Both the position numbers and the translations under genes were made by a program. A DNA stretch of 64,000 bases from Vicugna vicugna (Eukaryota). The DNA lies in NCBI GenBank assembly GCA_013265495.1, contig MU061814.1:2023680-2087679 (forward strand), given 5' to 3'. Positions 11,755 to 24,680 of the stretch are shown in pieces. The stretch's first letter is position 1. Every line of letters begins with the position of its first letter. Under the pieces are notes generated by a model that saw only the letters and a program-made list of their open reading frames with translations, was not told the origin of the DNA and made no database searches.

Positions 11755-12265
11755 GTGTGAGGATTTCTCTATAAGCTGTTGCACAAGAAGAACATGGGAC
11801 TCTGTTGCTCAGTGAGGCATCGTTCACTCAGCAAACCAGGAACCATGCTCAGCCCTGAGAATGTAAAAATAAGGGTGGCATCCCCACTTCCACTGCCACA
11901 ACCTCCGAATGGGACTCCTGCGTCCACTCCTGCTCCTCTCCAACTGCTTTCGGAGCTGTAACCCGGGTGATCTTCGAAAACTCCAGATCCTCTCTTGTCA
12001 CCTGTCTCTTTGCCCTCAGCCTAAAGAAAAGACACTTCAACATCATTGCCAAGGCCCAGCGCTGGGGTTCTCAACCCTGCAGGTCAGCACCCCCTGATGT
12101 CCAGGGCCAGCCCAGTCCATTCATCCATCGTGCCTGGGACCCAGGCAACGGTGCCTTTGGAAAGCGTTCAGGCGATGCTAACGTGTAGCCAGGGCTGAGC
12201 ACCCTTGCCCCGTGTGGTCTGAGCCCTGCCTCGTGCATTCACATCACATGGAGTCTGTTTCCCCA

Positions 12266-12860
12266 TCATTCATTCATTCAACAGACGGTTACTAAGCACC
12301 TACTAGGTGCTAAGCGCTGAGTGGTGAGCAGGAGGTTACAGTCTGGTGCAGGAGGTGTGCACTAAGGAAGCAGCAGGCTAATATATAATCTGATGCAAGA
12401 CAAGGCTGAATGGCAGGAAGAAAGGAGGAGCAGAACAAGACAGGGGTGGGAGAGGGCAGGGGGTTATGCGGACATGAGATGGGGAGTCCTCTCCCCCACC
12501 TGAGGGGTGAGAGAGGGGTGCGTGGCAACAAGTGGGGCAGAGCAGAGAGGGCTGCCGCATGTGCAAAGGCCCTGAGGTGGGAGCAAGCTTGGTGCCGTGG
12601 CCAGCTGGCCGGAGCAGGGTGAGTGGGAGGGGAGGCAGTCGCCCATCACCCGGCCTTGCAGGAGAGATGGGGAGTATGAACACCAGCGGTCGGAAGGCTG
12701 GGCTTTGGGAGGAACACGGCGTGAGCTGATTTTTCTTTTAAGATCACTCTGGTTGCAGTGAAGAGGACAGGCCAGGAGGGACTAGAAGAGAAGTAGGATC
12801 CCAGGTGGGGGCCTGGGCTGCGGTGGCCCCGCGGGAAGGGGAGAAGTCCCAGACTTGGCG
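12266..12860 (-). mobile_element. L2 fragment
   Basis: cattcattcattcaaca..ttactaagcacctac..aaaggccctgaggtggga..taagatcactctggttgcagtg. Confidence 0.75.
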
Positions 12861-14449
12861 CACGCTTTGCAGGTGTGAGTGGAGGGGACAGGCTGCCTTA
12901 CAGGCCTCCTGTTGGAGGGGCTGCACCACTCAGTGCCCTGCCCCTGACCGCATCCCCCCAGCTTACCTGCCGCCGACCCCAGGCTCCACAAGAGTCCCCT
13001 GGAGTCCCTCCCACAGCCCCCACCCCACCCCACCCCATGCTTATATCCCAGAGGCCCCCTCCTTCCCTCCCTCCCCAGCCCACCCTCCAGATTGGGAAGA
13101 AAGAAACCTAGGCATTCACAAGGCGGGCAGGGGCGTTAAGGGAGGTGACAGAGGCAAGCAAGGTCAGTGTCAGACTTGGTAGGGTACAGCCCCAAGGTCT
13201 GAGGTGAGGAGAGAGAGACAGGCTTGAGGAGGGGCCACCCCAAGAGCTGGATGCTCAGCTAGTCAGGTGCCCGTAGTGGGTCTGGTGTCCCCCGCCACCA
13301 CCATCAACCAGCCCCAGACGCCCGCCTCCTGGGCAGGGGCAGCAGGGCCTGGGGAACAACCCCAGGAGAAACAGCTGACTGGTGGCCTTGCCACTCCCTA
13401 CGTCCCTTCCCCAGAAGGTAACGGAGAGACCTCTGTGGGACAAGAGAGTTCTCCATATGGCCTATACCCCATTTGCAGCTGGCTAGGCCTGTGGGTAATT
13501 AGGAGCAGTGTGAGTGTTTCGAGAGGGCCGTCTTTCAGGCTCCAGTCTGAGAGACAAAAATTCAGGCCCTGTAGCTCTCCCTTGGTGGGGCGACAGGTCA
13601 CCCCCGGCTGTGTAGGGGCCACACATCGAGGCCCATTCTCTCTGGTAAGAAGTCAGACAGAGCCCACGGAGAAGGAGGCAGGGTCATCGGGACAAGGGGC
13701 TCCCCCGTCTCCCCCCATAACCCGCCTTCAGGGGGACACAGCCCGGCCAGCGCGCCCTGGGGATGGGGCCTCCTGGGACAGCCGTCATGCCCTGCAGGGA
13801 CTCCACATCCCTGGTTTCGGCCGCAGGCTGTCCTGACGGCCACCCCAACCCTGTCCTCATCACAGCTCTGATCCTCCCACAGCCCCCAAGCCCCCAGAGG
13901 GTCTCTCAAAGGACTGAGGTCCCGGGAGGCATAAAAGAGCCCCTTCTCCTGCCCTGAAGCGCCCTGTTGTTCTCTGATGCTCACAGGACCTCTTTGTTTG
14001 GGGAGAAAGCCGAGGGCGTCATAAAAGCAGCTGTGAACTGACTGGTCCCTTCGTTTGCTGCAAATCATAGCACGTCCCCTGAGTTCCAGACAGCTCCCTC
14101 AGGTCACTCCTCCTCTGCATCCCAATGTCTTTCCAGGACTTTGGGGGGCTGAAAGCAGGAGCGGGCAGAGGTCCAAGGCCAGTGGGGAGAGAGCATCAGG
14201 CCAGGGGCAGGTCCCCACTCTAGGGTAACTGCGTCTTGCACTGCAAGTCCCTCTCCTACCACCCAGAACCCCCTTGGTCCTGGGAGAACTGAGACCTTTG
14301 GCCACCCTACCCGATGGCTCCCACTTCTGGAGTGATTTGGTCTCAGCTTCCTGGACAGTAAGTGGAAACAGAGAGAGAGTGTCGTGCAGAGTTTACACGC
14401 GTGCTGTCTGGAGCCAGGTTCCCTGGAGTCACATCCCCGCTGCACCACA

Positions 14450-14640
14450 TCAGAACTGTGAGACCTCTGGACCAACCTACAGGCTTCTCTGGGCCTCAGT
14501 TTCTTCATCAACAAAATGGGCATGAGAACAGTTCCCACCTCAGAGGATTGCTTCTGGAATCAACTGATTTAATGTAGGTAAAGTACATACAAACAGTGCC
14601 AGGCACAAGGCAGTGGATGTGATGGCTATTGTATGATTAA
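14450..14640 (+). mobile_element. MIR SINE
   Basis: ctctgggcctcagtttcttcatcaacaaaatggg..cctcagaggattg..cagtgccaggcac. Confidence 0.8.
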
Positions 14641-15379
14641 TCATTTGTCTAAATAGTCACCTAAGTGGTCCAAGCCTTCATTTTTCCTGCAATGAGAATA
14701 AAGGACATTTAAGGTGATTTCAGTTGGATTCAAAAGAACACCTGCTAATTCACCACTTATAAGAGAGACACTAAAAGTCAAATTACCTCCCCCCCAGACA
14801 AAGGTAAAGAGATGTGCAAAAGAGATATATGCAAAGTGCATGCACACAAATGTGTATCATGCACGTACCTGTGTGTGTGTGTACATACAGTCAACCCGAA
14901 GAGGCAACCGTGAAAAGGACTACTGGAAATATTACACAATAGAATTCAAGGCAAAAGTATGACAAAAAGCTTTATTCTGTGTGAGTATATATATATATAT
15001 GTTTATATTCATATGTTTGTATATATATTATATGTCAGCACTCACAATAATGATATAATAATCATGAACCTTTATATATTAAGTAACATAGCACAAAAAT
15101 GTATGTAGCAAATGGATTGGAGATGCCATTAATCTTAGATGGTCGTTCCTGCAGAAAGCCATTGAGGGCACCTCAAGGTCTCTACAGGACACTCCACGTG
15201 TCTCATCACAATATTTATGGTCAGTATTTGCAATTACCTGTTTAACTTCCCCTCCCCTACTCCCACAAGGGTTTAAGCCCTGGGTGTCCCAGACAAGTCT
15301 GTCTTGCTCGTTTTCCTGACTTCAACGCCCAGCCTGAGGCTCACCAGCTAGTGACATATTCAGTTCTGTATCCCTGATG

Positions 15380-16330
15380 AACACATTTTTTTTTTCAAAT
15401 GTTCACAGATGTTTATAAAAACCCATCATACACATTTGGTCCAAAGAAAACTTTAGTAAATCTCCAAATGCAAAGTCGGTACAGATAACATTGTCTGACT
15501 TGACAGCAAAAGGATAAACAAAAATAAAGGAACAAATAACAAAACAAACAAAAAATCCCAACGCACCAGAAATCCAAAAACACTTTGTGAAATGACTCCA
15601 GTCGAGGAAGAAATCAAAACTGAAAGTAGAAGTTATTTATAAGACATGACACAAACAACAATCCACATGAAGATGGATGAGAGGTGGCCAAGTCTGAGCT
15701 CAGGGGAAAAATGAGAGATTGAAATGTTTGATTTGAATGAGAAATAACTAAGCTAAGTGATGAAAGCAGTCAAAGCAAGGAACTGAAAAAGAACAGAATA
15801 AACCTGAGGAGAGCAGGAGGAGGGAGTTAATAAAGATAAAACAAAAATTAAATTAGAAAACAGAACAAAACATGGAATTTATAAACAGATTCAAGAATGT
15901 GTTCTTTGAAAGGCAAATAAAGTAAACATGCATTTGGAAAGTTCAACAGATAAACATAAAGATGTAGTCTCTTCACAGTTGCTTTTTAAAAAAAAAACTG
16001 TAAAATACCTAGGCGTGAACTAAGGCACAACTTTGCAAAGTCCACAGGAGGAAAACCAGAAAATCACAGCAGATTAGTAAAGAACATTCTAGAAGACCTA
16101 AATACCCACAGACACAGAAGGTGCTTCTGGAAGGAGAGATGCAATGTTTGTAACCATAACAGCCTTCCCCAAATTAATAAGTGAATTTAGTATAAATCCA
16201 ATCGCAAGGGGTCAGAGAGAGGGAGGTTCTGACAAGCGGATATAGAATTTCCCTAGGGAAACAAATGTGCAAGAAAAAGAAAGACAGTTTTGAAAAATAG
16301 GATGATGAGGGAAGCTGGACGAAAGCAGGG
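15380..16330 (+). mobile_element. Old L1M ORF2 fragments
   Basis: A-rich; gaggaagaaatcaaaactgaaa, attcaagaatgtgttctttgaaagg, gaagacctaaata, tataaatccaatcgcaa. Confidence 0.7.
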
Positions 16331-17099
16331 GTGGAGTTTGTATATGGCTCAGGAGTGTGGTTGAGAAGTGAGTGAATAGGGGTTCACTGTCCTGGGTACC
16401 CCGAATTCTCTCTCCCATTGTCCGAGCCTGTTGGCCAGACCAACACTCCCCTTGTTGCCCCACAAAATGCTCTGACCCACCCCGAGTCCCTCATCAGATG
16501 AGGTCAGCACCCCTTCTCTGCCCCCACCCAACTTGGACTTATGCCAAAGACTTAAAATTTGCTGCAGATGTCTGAGTCCTAGTGCTTCCAAGTGTAAGGC
16601 TATAGCTGTTGGTATGGGGCCAGTGAAGAAAGATCATTTGTAAACAAAGTTGGGGCAGACCCAAAGTCATAAAAGACAGTGTGACCCTTCAAAGGCCTTA
16701 AGGACGGCCTTAAAGGACAAGGAGATAAACACTGGTGTCACACTTGCTCAGGACATTGGACCAACACAAATGGAGAGGCTGGGGAGGTACCACCTGAGGC
16801 ACAGCACGCACTGTGCCCCAGGCATGGCCACCCTCCGTGGCCAAGGGAAGGTGGAGAACCTCAGTCGGTCCAGTGGATGCGAGACCAGAGGAGGGTGACA
16901 CGACTGTCGGCGCTGTGGCTGCAACTGAAGCGACCTGTGATGACTGAAGAAGTGAAGAGGCTGAAGAACTGCTCAGACGGCTACACGCTTTACAGACAGA
17001 AACCAAAGGAATGGGGCACCGTCATCTCTCACCCAGCGAGAGAAGGTTGGGAAAAGGAGTCATCAGAGTCAAGAAAGGGAAAGCACTGGATGCCAACTT

Positions 17100-17460
17100 A
17101 GGCAGCACTGAGAACACGAAAATCAAGGGCGGCTTTTTAATCCGTATTTGATTGACATATCAAAAGTCCTGAAATACGAATTCCAGGATGCTTGCAGTGA
17201 AAAGAAACGGCCTAGTTCTGGTCTCCAGAGGACAGAGATATTGCTTCTCCATCAGTGCCAGAGAAAAGCCTAGATTCCAAGCTCTCATTGGCCAGAACTT
17301 GGTCACAGGCACATCCCTGAGCCAATCACAGTGGGCAAAGGAATGGACCCCACTGATGGGTTTAGACTGCAGACGAGTGGTGTCAATTCCACCATGAGCA
17401 CGGGGACTCCAGGGAGAATCCAGGTGTATTTGGGGCAGGCAGACAAGACAGGTAGGAATT
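17100..17460 (-). mobile_element. Old MLT1 (K/J-like) LTR fragment
   Basis: ctcattggccagaacttggtcacaggcacatccctgagccaatcacagtgggcaaaggaatgg. Confidence 0.65.
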
Positions 17461-18318
17461 ACAGGAAATGGCCATGAGAGTCCACTTCCCCCAGAAGAGA
17501 AATGCAAAGTGTGACATCAGGCTTGGGGACAGATCATCTTTCACTGGGATTCATTTTAAAGAACAAAACTCAGAGCAGTCTCGGCAACGCAGCCCTGATA
17601 CCCCACCAGCCAGCCCAGCGGTGCCTCCATGGAGGCAGCCTGGGTCCCTGCAGTCCTCACCCAGTGGGCAGCCCACATGGACAGTGAGAAGAGCCCACCC
17701 GGGCCCAAGGTGGGCGAGATCACTTGCCACCTTCATCGACACCGGCCAGGACAGCAGCAGTGGCCCTCCCCACCAGGCACAGCAAGGAGGATCACGCTCA
17801 CACCCCACTATGCTGAGGAGACCCAAGGGCAGCCCCTGCCTCTGCCCATGAAGGCTCTTTGTCAGACCACGCTGGGGGCTGTTTCTGAGCACGGCGCTGA
17901 AGCCCACGTTCCTCTGAAGCGCAGCACCCAGCTGGCTAGTGGCGCGGTACATCGGGAGGGGGACGGAACAAGCTCTCACCCCAGAAGGTGGCAGAGGACG
18001 CCTCAACCTGCGGCCAAAACGTTGGCTGCGAGGTGCTCCATCTGAATCTGCTTAATTGATGGATTCTCATCAACTGGCATTCAGATGAATAGGATTTTAT
18101 TGGCACAGATCAAATGTTCAAGGAGACGGGTACACACACAGTGTCATTCGGAACAAAACCTGCCAGGCAGTCAGCAAGTAACAAGAGGCCTTCCAGGCAA
18201 CCTCACAAATACCTCTCTTAGAGCACGTTGCTTGGCCTTTAGTGGGGGACCATCAGTCTCCCCACCAGCCTGTGACCCCCACGAGAAAGTGGGCCAGGTC
18301 TTGTTCCCCTGGGAATTA

Positions 18319-18636
18319 CAGTCATCGCTCAGTATCCATGGGGGTTGGTTCCAGGACCCCCCAGAGACATCAAAATTTGCGGATGCTCCAGTCCTGTATA
18401 TAAAACGGTGCATATCAAATGTGCACACCCTCCTGTATACTTTAAGTCATCCCTAGATTACTTACGACATGGAATGCAATGGAAAGGCAGGATAATAGTT
18501 GCCTTTGAACAACAAATTCAAATTTTGCTTTTTGAAACCTTCTGGAATTTCTTCCCCAAATATTTTCAATCCTTGTTTGGTTGAATCCACGGATGTGAAA
18601 ACCCGCGGATTTCCCATGGATAAGGAGGACCGATCG
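18319..18636 (+). mobile_element. MER2 (Tigger/mariner-family MITE), complete, with TA flanks
   Basis: TA|cagtcatcgctcagtatccatggggg ... ccatggataaggaggaccgatcg|TA. TA at 18317-18 and 18637-38. Confidence 0.9.
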
Positions 18637-19255
18637 TACCCTGGGGCCCAGCACAGAGCGTGGGGGCCATAGGTGCTTAGCAGATGTTTGGCAAGAAGGA
18701 AGGAAAGAAGGAAGTCAAGGAAGAGGCAGACGAAGAAAAGAGGGGCGATGGAAGGAGGGAGGCATCGTCCAGGCATCTCAGACCCTCCGAGACAGTCGCA
18801 GCCACAGGAAAGGAGCTCCAGTCCAAGTCTTCATGGAAAGGAATAGAAAGATTTTTCTTACGAGAACTGGTTGTTTCTTCCTGGCCCCTTCCCCTGCTTC
18901 CAGGAATTTTCACCTTCTCTTTGATGGAGTGAACCTTTGGACCATCAGAGCCCTGGCTCCAGGTACATTTCACAAGAAAGGGGATCTAACCTTAGCTTCC
19001 TGGTTCTTCCTAGAGGCGGTTGTAGATGGTGGGCGCACACTCCGAATCCGAGGCCAGCGGTGGTGCCGCTGGCTGTCGGGTTTTCAGAGGCAGTCCCGCC
19101 CTCCGTCTCCTGCCTCGTCCTCAGTCACTTCCTACAGTTGCTTCCTGCTCATGAATCCCTGGGAGAAAGATCCATCCCACAGATCTGGGCATCAGCAGAG
19201 AAAGTTCGAGCTCTTCCATGGGATCACCACTGTGTCTTCCCTAAAGGTTGCTGCT

Positions 19256-19490
19256 GAGTGGGAAGGGATAAATTGGGAGTTCAAGATTTGCAAATATTAA
19301 CTACTATATATAAAATAGATTTAAAAAAATTTCTTCTGTGTAGCACAGGGAACTATATTCAATATCTTGTAGTAACCTATAGTGAAAAAGACTATGAAAA
19401 CGAATATATGCATGCATGTGGATGGCTGGGACATTATGCTGCACACCAGAAACGGACACATTGTAACTGACTGTACTTGAATTTTTATAA
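19256..19490 (+). mobile_element. 5'-truncated cetartiodactyl-type L1 3' end with TSD
   Basis: gggataaattgggagttcaagatttgca..gtagcacagggaactatattcaatatcttgta. Flanks aaaggttgctgct (19243-55) and aaagcgttgccgct (19491-504). Confidence 0.9.
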
Positions 19491-20029
19491 AAAGCGTTGC
19501 CGCTAAGAAAAGCTCCTTCTAGGGACACATGAGAGGGAAGAGGGTTGGGTTGGGGGTGGGAACCTGTGTTCCTAGTGAAATCACTGCATTTCCACTTGTC
19601 ATTTCAAAACAGTCTCAGAAAAGAAAGGCTGTTCTAAGGGAAACAGGCTCAGGGAATATTCATTTCAAAAAATCCATCGCCCTGCCCTTTCCTTTACAGA
19701 ATCCCAAGGGCAGCCACTTCCAAACCAGTGTGGAGCAGAACAGATTTTGGCCAAAGTCTGGTCTCAATGTGACCATGCTGGTCCCCAGGGGTCTTCTTCT
19801 CTGGACCTTCATGTGCCCCTTTGTCACAGCAGAAACTGGCTCATTGTCCCTAAGACAAACTCATGTTAACAAGTAATATCTATATTGCATCTTACATTTC
19901 TAAAGAACTTTTATTTCACTTGCCACACGTAAGCCTATGAGTTGGGTATTGTTTGTGTCCTTGTCTTATAGACGAGGAAACCGGGACTCACAAAGATGCT
20001 GTATCTAAGCTCTGGGCAACCGTCTAGGA

Positions 20030-20140
20030 CTGGACCAAGATGGCAGAGTAGAAGGACGTGGAGCTCACCGCCCCCCACAAATGCATCAACAATACATCTA
20101 CACGTGGTCCGTTCTCACAGAATACCTGCTGAATGCTGGC
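20030..20140 (+). mobile_element. L1 5' UTR fragment
   Basis: caagatggcagagtagaaggacgtggagctcacc...atacatctacacgtgg..ctcacagaatacc. Confidence 0.7.
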
Positions 20141-20800
20141 AGCAGGCCTCCTCGGTCACTGTCTAGATAATCATCTCAAAAATATTGAAGTTAAGACTGA
20201 TTGATAGCCAGTCCTTGGAGAACACACACATCATTTAATTCTGCAAGTTCACTGTAAAAATAATAATCATAAAGCTTAAATTAGCCACTCGCAATCAATG
20301 TTGCATTTTACTGTAACATCCACCCAGATTACATTTCTTACCCAAACTGGATTCTGTTGCAAATACTATTTTCTAACTTGCTATTTTCTCTGTTTTGACG
20401 GTTGAAGAGCATTTCCTTGTGAGCCTGTTTGGTCATTTATTTAACCAATCCCCTCTCGCTGGCTATGACGGCTGTTTCCAGCCTCCCCATCCAGGCTTTC
20501 TGGGGAAAATTCTCAGTCCTTCCTAACATACGAGGCAGCACTCCCTCCAGAAAGAGACTTCCCCGAGTCACTGACTTAGTGAGACTTTGCACCTCAATTG
20601 GAAACCGGAGTTAGAATAGCCCTCTGCCTAACTTGCTCATTCACTGTCACATGCCCAGGGGTACAGGAGGAGATGGTGACAGAGTGTTCATTCTGAAGCC
20701 GCTGCTGCCCGCCTCCCCTCAGCCTCCTTATTTCAGGCTCACGTCCGCAGGTCTCTGGGCCTGCTTCCCCTGGCAGCCGAGACCTGCTGAGCGGGGACGG

Positions 20801-21004
20801 CAGTGTGCTGACAAATGCTCAACGACAAGCTCTCTGGGGAGAAAAGGAGCCCTGATTGGTAGCATTTGACAACTTCCATGACATAAATGTTCTTACCACG
20901 GTTGATTGTAAGCTACTAACGCAGCATCAGTGGACGCAGGGTTGGGGGGAGCTGAGCGCAGTGGGTGCCTGTGAGCTGGTAGGAGTTGAAGGTACCATCC
21001 ATTG
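20801..21004 (-). mobile_element. MER63-like hAT-Blackjack MITE
   Basis: cagtgtgctgacaaatgctcaac..ccacggttgattgtaagctactaacg..cagtggacgcagggttggg..ccattg. Confidence 0.7.
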
Positions 21005-21559
21005 GGGTAACTCAGTTACATGCTCCACACGCGCTCCCAGGTCTCCCCAGTGACACAGGCTCCAGGTACCGACAGAGACAAACTGCTTAATAACGCCTGG
21101 CTTGGCTTCCTTCCCTCTCCTGTCTTCTTACACCCCTGTGGAGCTTCCTGGGACCATCTTCCAAATAAACTATATATACTCCGAGTCTGCATCTGGGGGC
21201 AGGGAGTGGAGGGGAAGTCAACCTACGATGTCCTTTAATACAGACGTCGCAGCAACGGATAGTTTTGAACTTGAAATCACAAGAGGAAGACGGGTTCAAG
21301 GCAGGGGTGGGAATTATTTCCCACGAATGTTCCCCATCAAGAAAAACTCCACTCAAGCTGGCTGCTGCAAGGAGATGCCAGGAAACTTGGGGTTGGCTGC
21401 AGGCTGAACAAGGAAAGGATGTATCTCTGCAGGAACAGAGGGAGGGGCATTTCCCAGGGTCTGGAAGCCAGGGAGGAAGAGGGCATTTCTCAGTGCTGTC
21501 CCCACCTACGACTGCCCGGTTCAAGCCTGCATCACCTCTCGCCTGGACCACAGCAGCAG

Positions 21560-22110
21560 CGCCCACGTTGGTCAGCCTCACTCCACATACCGCCTCCCCA
21601 ATTCTCCACCCAGAGCTGAACCATGTGACCATGCAAACCTCTTCCTTCTGCTGCTTAACACACTTTAGAGGCCCTTAAAGATCTCAGCCTCTACACCATG
21701 GCCTCTGGACCCTTCCATGGTCCTGCCCAGGCTCCAGTCCAGACCACATTGCTCCCAGCCCCTTGTCCCTCCTTCCGCCACACCATCTGTCTGGAATGCC
21801 CTTCTCCTCTTTGCCCATATCCTGCTCATCCTTTTAAACTCAGCAAGAAGGGTCTCTCCCACCCAGGAAGCCCTCCCTGACTCCCCCTAGCCCAGCCTAG
21901 CCAACACGCCTATCCTCTGCTCCCAGGGGCCCCCGTGGACCACACTCCTGCCTCACACAACCTACCATATCGTAATTCTGTCTTCCTGCCTCAGTTTCCT
22001 CTATGAGTCTATGGCTTCCCTGAGGGCAGATTCCTTGTTTTTATCATCTCTGCATCCTCATAGCTCACCATCTTGTTTGGGGAACAGTGGCTGCTTGATG
22101 AGAATTTTAT
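21560..22110 (+). mobile_element. L2 fragment
   Basis: tctggaatgcccttctcc..ctcatccttttaaactcagc..ggaagccctccctgac..ttccctgagggcagattcc. Confidence 0.75.
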
Positions 22111-22499
22111 GTCCATTCCACCATTCATTCATTGCTTCTTGCTGCACAGACAGCCGCAGTCCCTCCGTGACTGGTGGCTCAGTAGTGAGGGGACAGGGAG
22201 GGTACACGACAGGTAACAAGATGGATTAAGTATCTCTGTATGCTCAGTACAGCACCGCTGGCTCTAGGTCTGGAGGAACAGGGTCTCCGAACTCAAGGTG
22301 TCCACCAGGAGACAGGATTCACACACCTCATGTGTCAGATCGCGGCGCCTGGCTTTTCAGCCTGAACACAGACCAACCAGGGTTCGTGTTAAAGCGTGGA
22401 CCCTCCCTCAGCAGGCTGGGGAGACCCAGGGTTCTGCGCTTCTCACCGGCTCCCACGTGACGCCGACCTGCGGGCCTGCAGCCCGCTGCAAATAGCTCT

Positions 22500-23185
22500 T
22501 AAAGAGCGGCGTCCGGTGGCTGTAACCAAAGGGGAGGCTGCATAGCGCATCCCCAACAGTCACCACCCCAAACTTAATACAACCTTTAAATCAGCTCTCG
22601 CTTTTGTAGCCTGAATGTATTTGTTTATTTTTAATTACTTTTTACTACCTTGTTTCATTTTTAAAAAATTTTTTTGGGGGAAGGGAGTTAATTACATTTA
22701 TCTATTATTTATTTGTTTGTTTTTGTTTACTTTTTTTAATGGAGGTACTGGGGATTGAACCCAGGACATCATGCCCTCTACCACTGAGCTACACCCTCTC
22801 CTCATCCTAAATGTATTTAAAAGTAAGTTTTAAATTACTAGCCTAAGGAAAAAATAAGCATTATTTTCCACAAGTAAAAACTACCCAGAAACAGAAATAT
22901 GATAGAATTTTCTAAATGTAATTCACCTCTGGTTACATATCTTCTCCAGAAGGTTCTGAACCTGAGTCCTACTCTCTCTTTGCTAAAAAGGGAGATGAGG
23001 AAACGTTAGAGAAGGTATGAACAACATCTTAGCACTAGGCTAAGACTTTCCCCTTAATGTGGTTGGGGGATTAAAAACAGTGGAAAAGGGAATGAGTTTT
23101 TCAGTTTGTGGTTCTCTGTTATTTGAAGCCACACCTGGGTGCTACAGGCAGCAGTCAACCCAGGCTTTGGGAGACCCTGGACTTA
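22500..23185 (+). mobile_element. hAT-Charlie fossil (MER113-like) interrupted by a SINE
   Basis: gaaggttctgaacctgagtcctactctctctttgctaaaaagggaga..gactttcccct..ggaaaagggaatgag..ctttgggagaccctg resembles a recalled Charlie consensus. Subfamily is uncertain. Confidence 0.55.
22669..22800 (-). mobile_element. Camelid vic-1-type tRNA-derived SINE (internally deleted)
   Basis: ggaggtactgggattgaacccaggac..ctctaccactgagctacaccc is the reverse of the A-box/B-box head, with a T-rich tail. Confidence 0.85.
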
Positions 23186-24040
23186 ACACGTCCGAAGGGC
23201 AGTCTGTCCAGCCCAGGCATTTCCAAGCTCCCAAGGGCTTTGGTGAGTTTTGGAGCAAATCAACAGAGCACAGAGTCAATTGACCAAGGGTAGGAGGGAG
23301 ACAAGACTAGAAACTATTTGGCCCGAGAGTCTCCATGCATGGTCAGAGCCTAGCAAATGCCTTTAGTGCTTCCATCATTTGACCAGCTTGTCCCACTTAT
23401 GACACCACACAACATAATATACCGCAGCCTCCCAGCTCAGGTCCAGGAATCTCATCACCCTCCCCAACCCCACTGTAATTGCTCTAGATGAACCCTGCCC
23501 ATAGGCTGCAAGAAAGGAAGTAACAAATGTGGAAATAAATTACGTGCCACGGGCAGCAGAGATTTAGCTGTGTGGCTTTCCCTTCTTTATTGTGAATCTG
23601 TCTGGGAGCCAATGGCATTGGATAAATGATGGTGATAGTCATCAGGCAGCTGTTGCTACACAGCCACCAGAGGAGAGGCAGGGAGCAGGGAGAAGGATGA
23701 ACACGAGACTAAGGTCATAGATTGAGGAGCAAAGACCAGTCCACTCAGCCCTTGCCACTATCACCAGGAAAAGAAAGTCTGAGCACCTACCGTGAGTCAG
23801 AAATGACCCAGTGCACCTGTCCTCTTGGAGCACAGCCAACTGAAGGGGAACCCCCACGCTGGCTTCTAATTACAAGCTCAGCCTACCCTAAATGCCAGTC
23901 AAATGGTTTCTCCCTCTCCTCAAAACCCTTTAACGATGTAAAGGACATCTTCTGTGTTTGCTTCCCTGATACCAATCTGGCCTCTGGTGAAAAAGATTCT
24001 GGTCTATGTGGGGTGAGATGGGGAGTCACCCCTCCCTATC

Positions 24041-24680
24041 TGTGATGGTTGATTTTATGGGTCAACTTGACCAGCCGACCAAGTGCCCAAGGATTTGGTC
24101 AAATATTATTCTGGGTGTGTCTGTGAGGATGTTTCTGGATGAGATTAACATTTGAATCCACAGACTAAATAAAGCAGATCGTAGACCCCAATGTGTGTGG
24201 GCATCATCCAATCAGCTGAGGGCTCAAATTGAACAAAAAGGTAAAAGAAGGCTGTGTTTGCTCTCTGCCTGACTGTTTGAGCTGGGACGTGCATCTTCCT
24301 CTGTGTGTGTGTGTGTGTGTAAAACACATTAGGTAATGCACATACGCACAGTTGACTCCTGAACAACATGGGGTCTAGGGGCACCAACCCACCCGACGGT
24401 GGAAAATCCTCATGTGATTTATAGTTGGCCCTCGATAGCCACAGCTCCCCCATGTGTGTGCTTCTGCATCTATACACTCAACCAACTTCAGACAGTGTGA
24501 TACTGGAGTATCTACTATTGAAAAAAAATCCATGCATAAGTGGACCCACGCAGCTCAAACCTATACTTTTCGAGGATCAACTGTGTGTATGTGTGTGTAT
24601 GTATGTGTGTGTGTGTATATATATATATTTTTTTTCCTCCCTGTTGGTTCTGTGTCTCTGGAGAACCCTGGCTAAGACCG
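24041..24680 (+). mobile_element. MLT2 (ERVL) solo LTR containing a nested MER8
   Basis: Start tgtgatggttgattttatgggtcaacttgac and end ttggttctgtgtctctggagaaccctggctaa, with an internal (TG)n/(TA)n tract. Confidence 0.85.
24349..24583. mobile_element. MER8 (Tigger-derived MITE)
   Basis: TIRs cagttgactcctgaacaaca ... ttcgaggatcaactg. Confidence 0.8.

Noticed and set aside
13267-13836. Long ORFs (150-197 aa) in GC-rich intergenic DNA, such as 13267..13836, 21087..21632, 36097..36690, 50251..50817 and 60044..60613
   Set aside because: No recognisable domains, equally long overlapping ORFs on opposite strands and frames, and several run through L2/MIR/SINE sequence. This is what GC-rich, stop-poor DNA produces.
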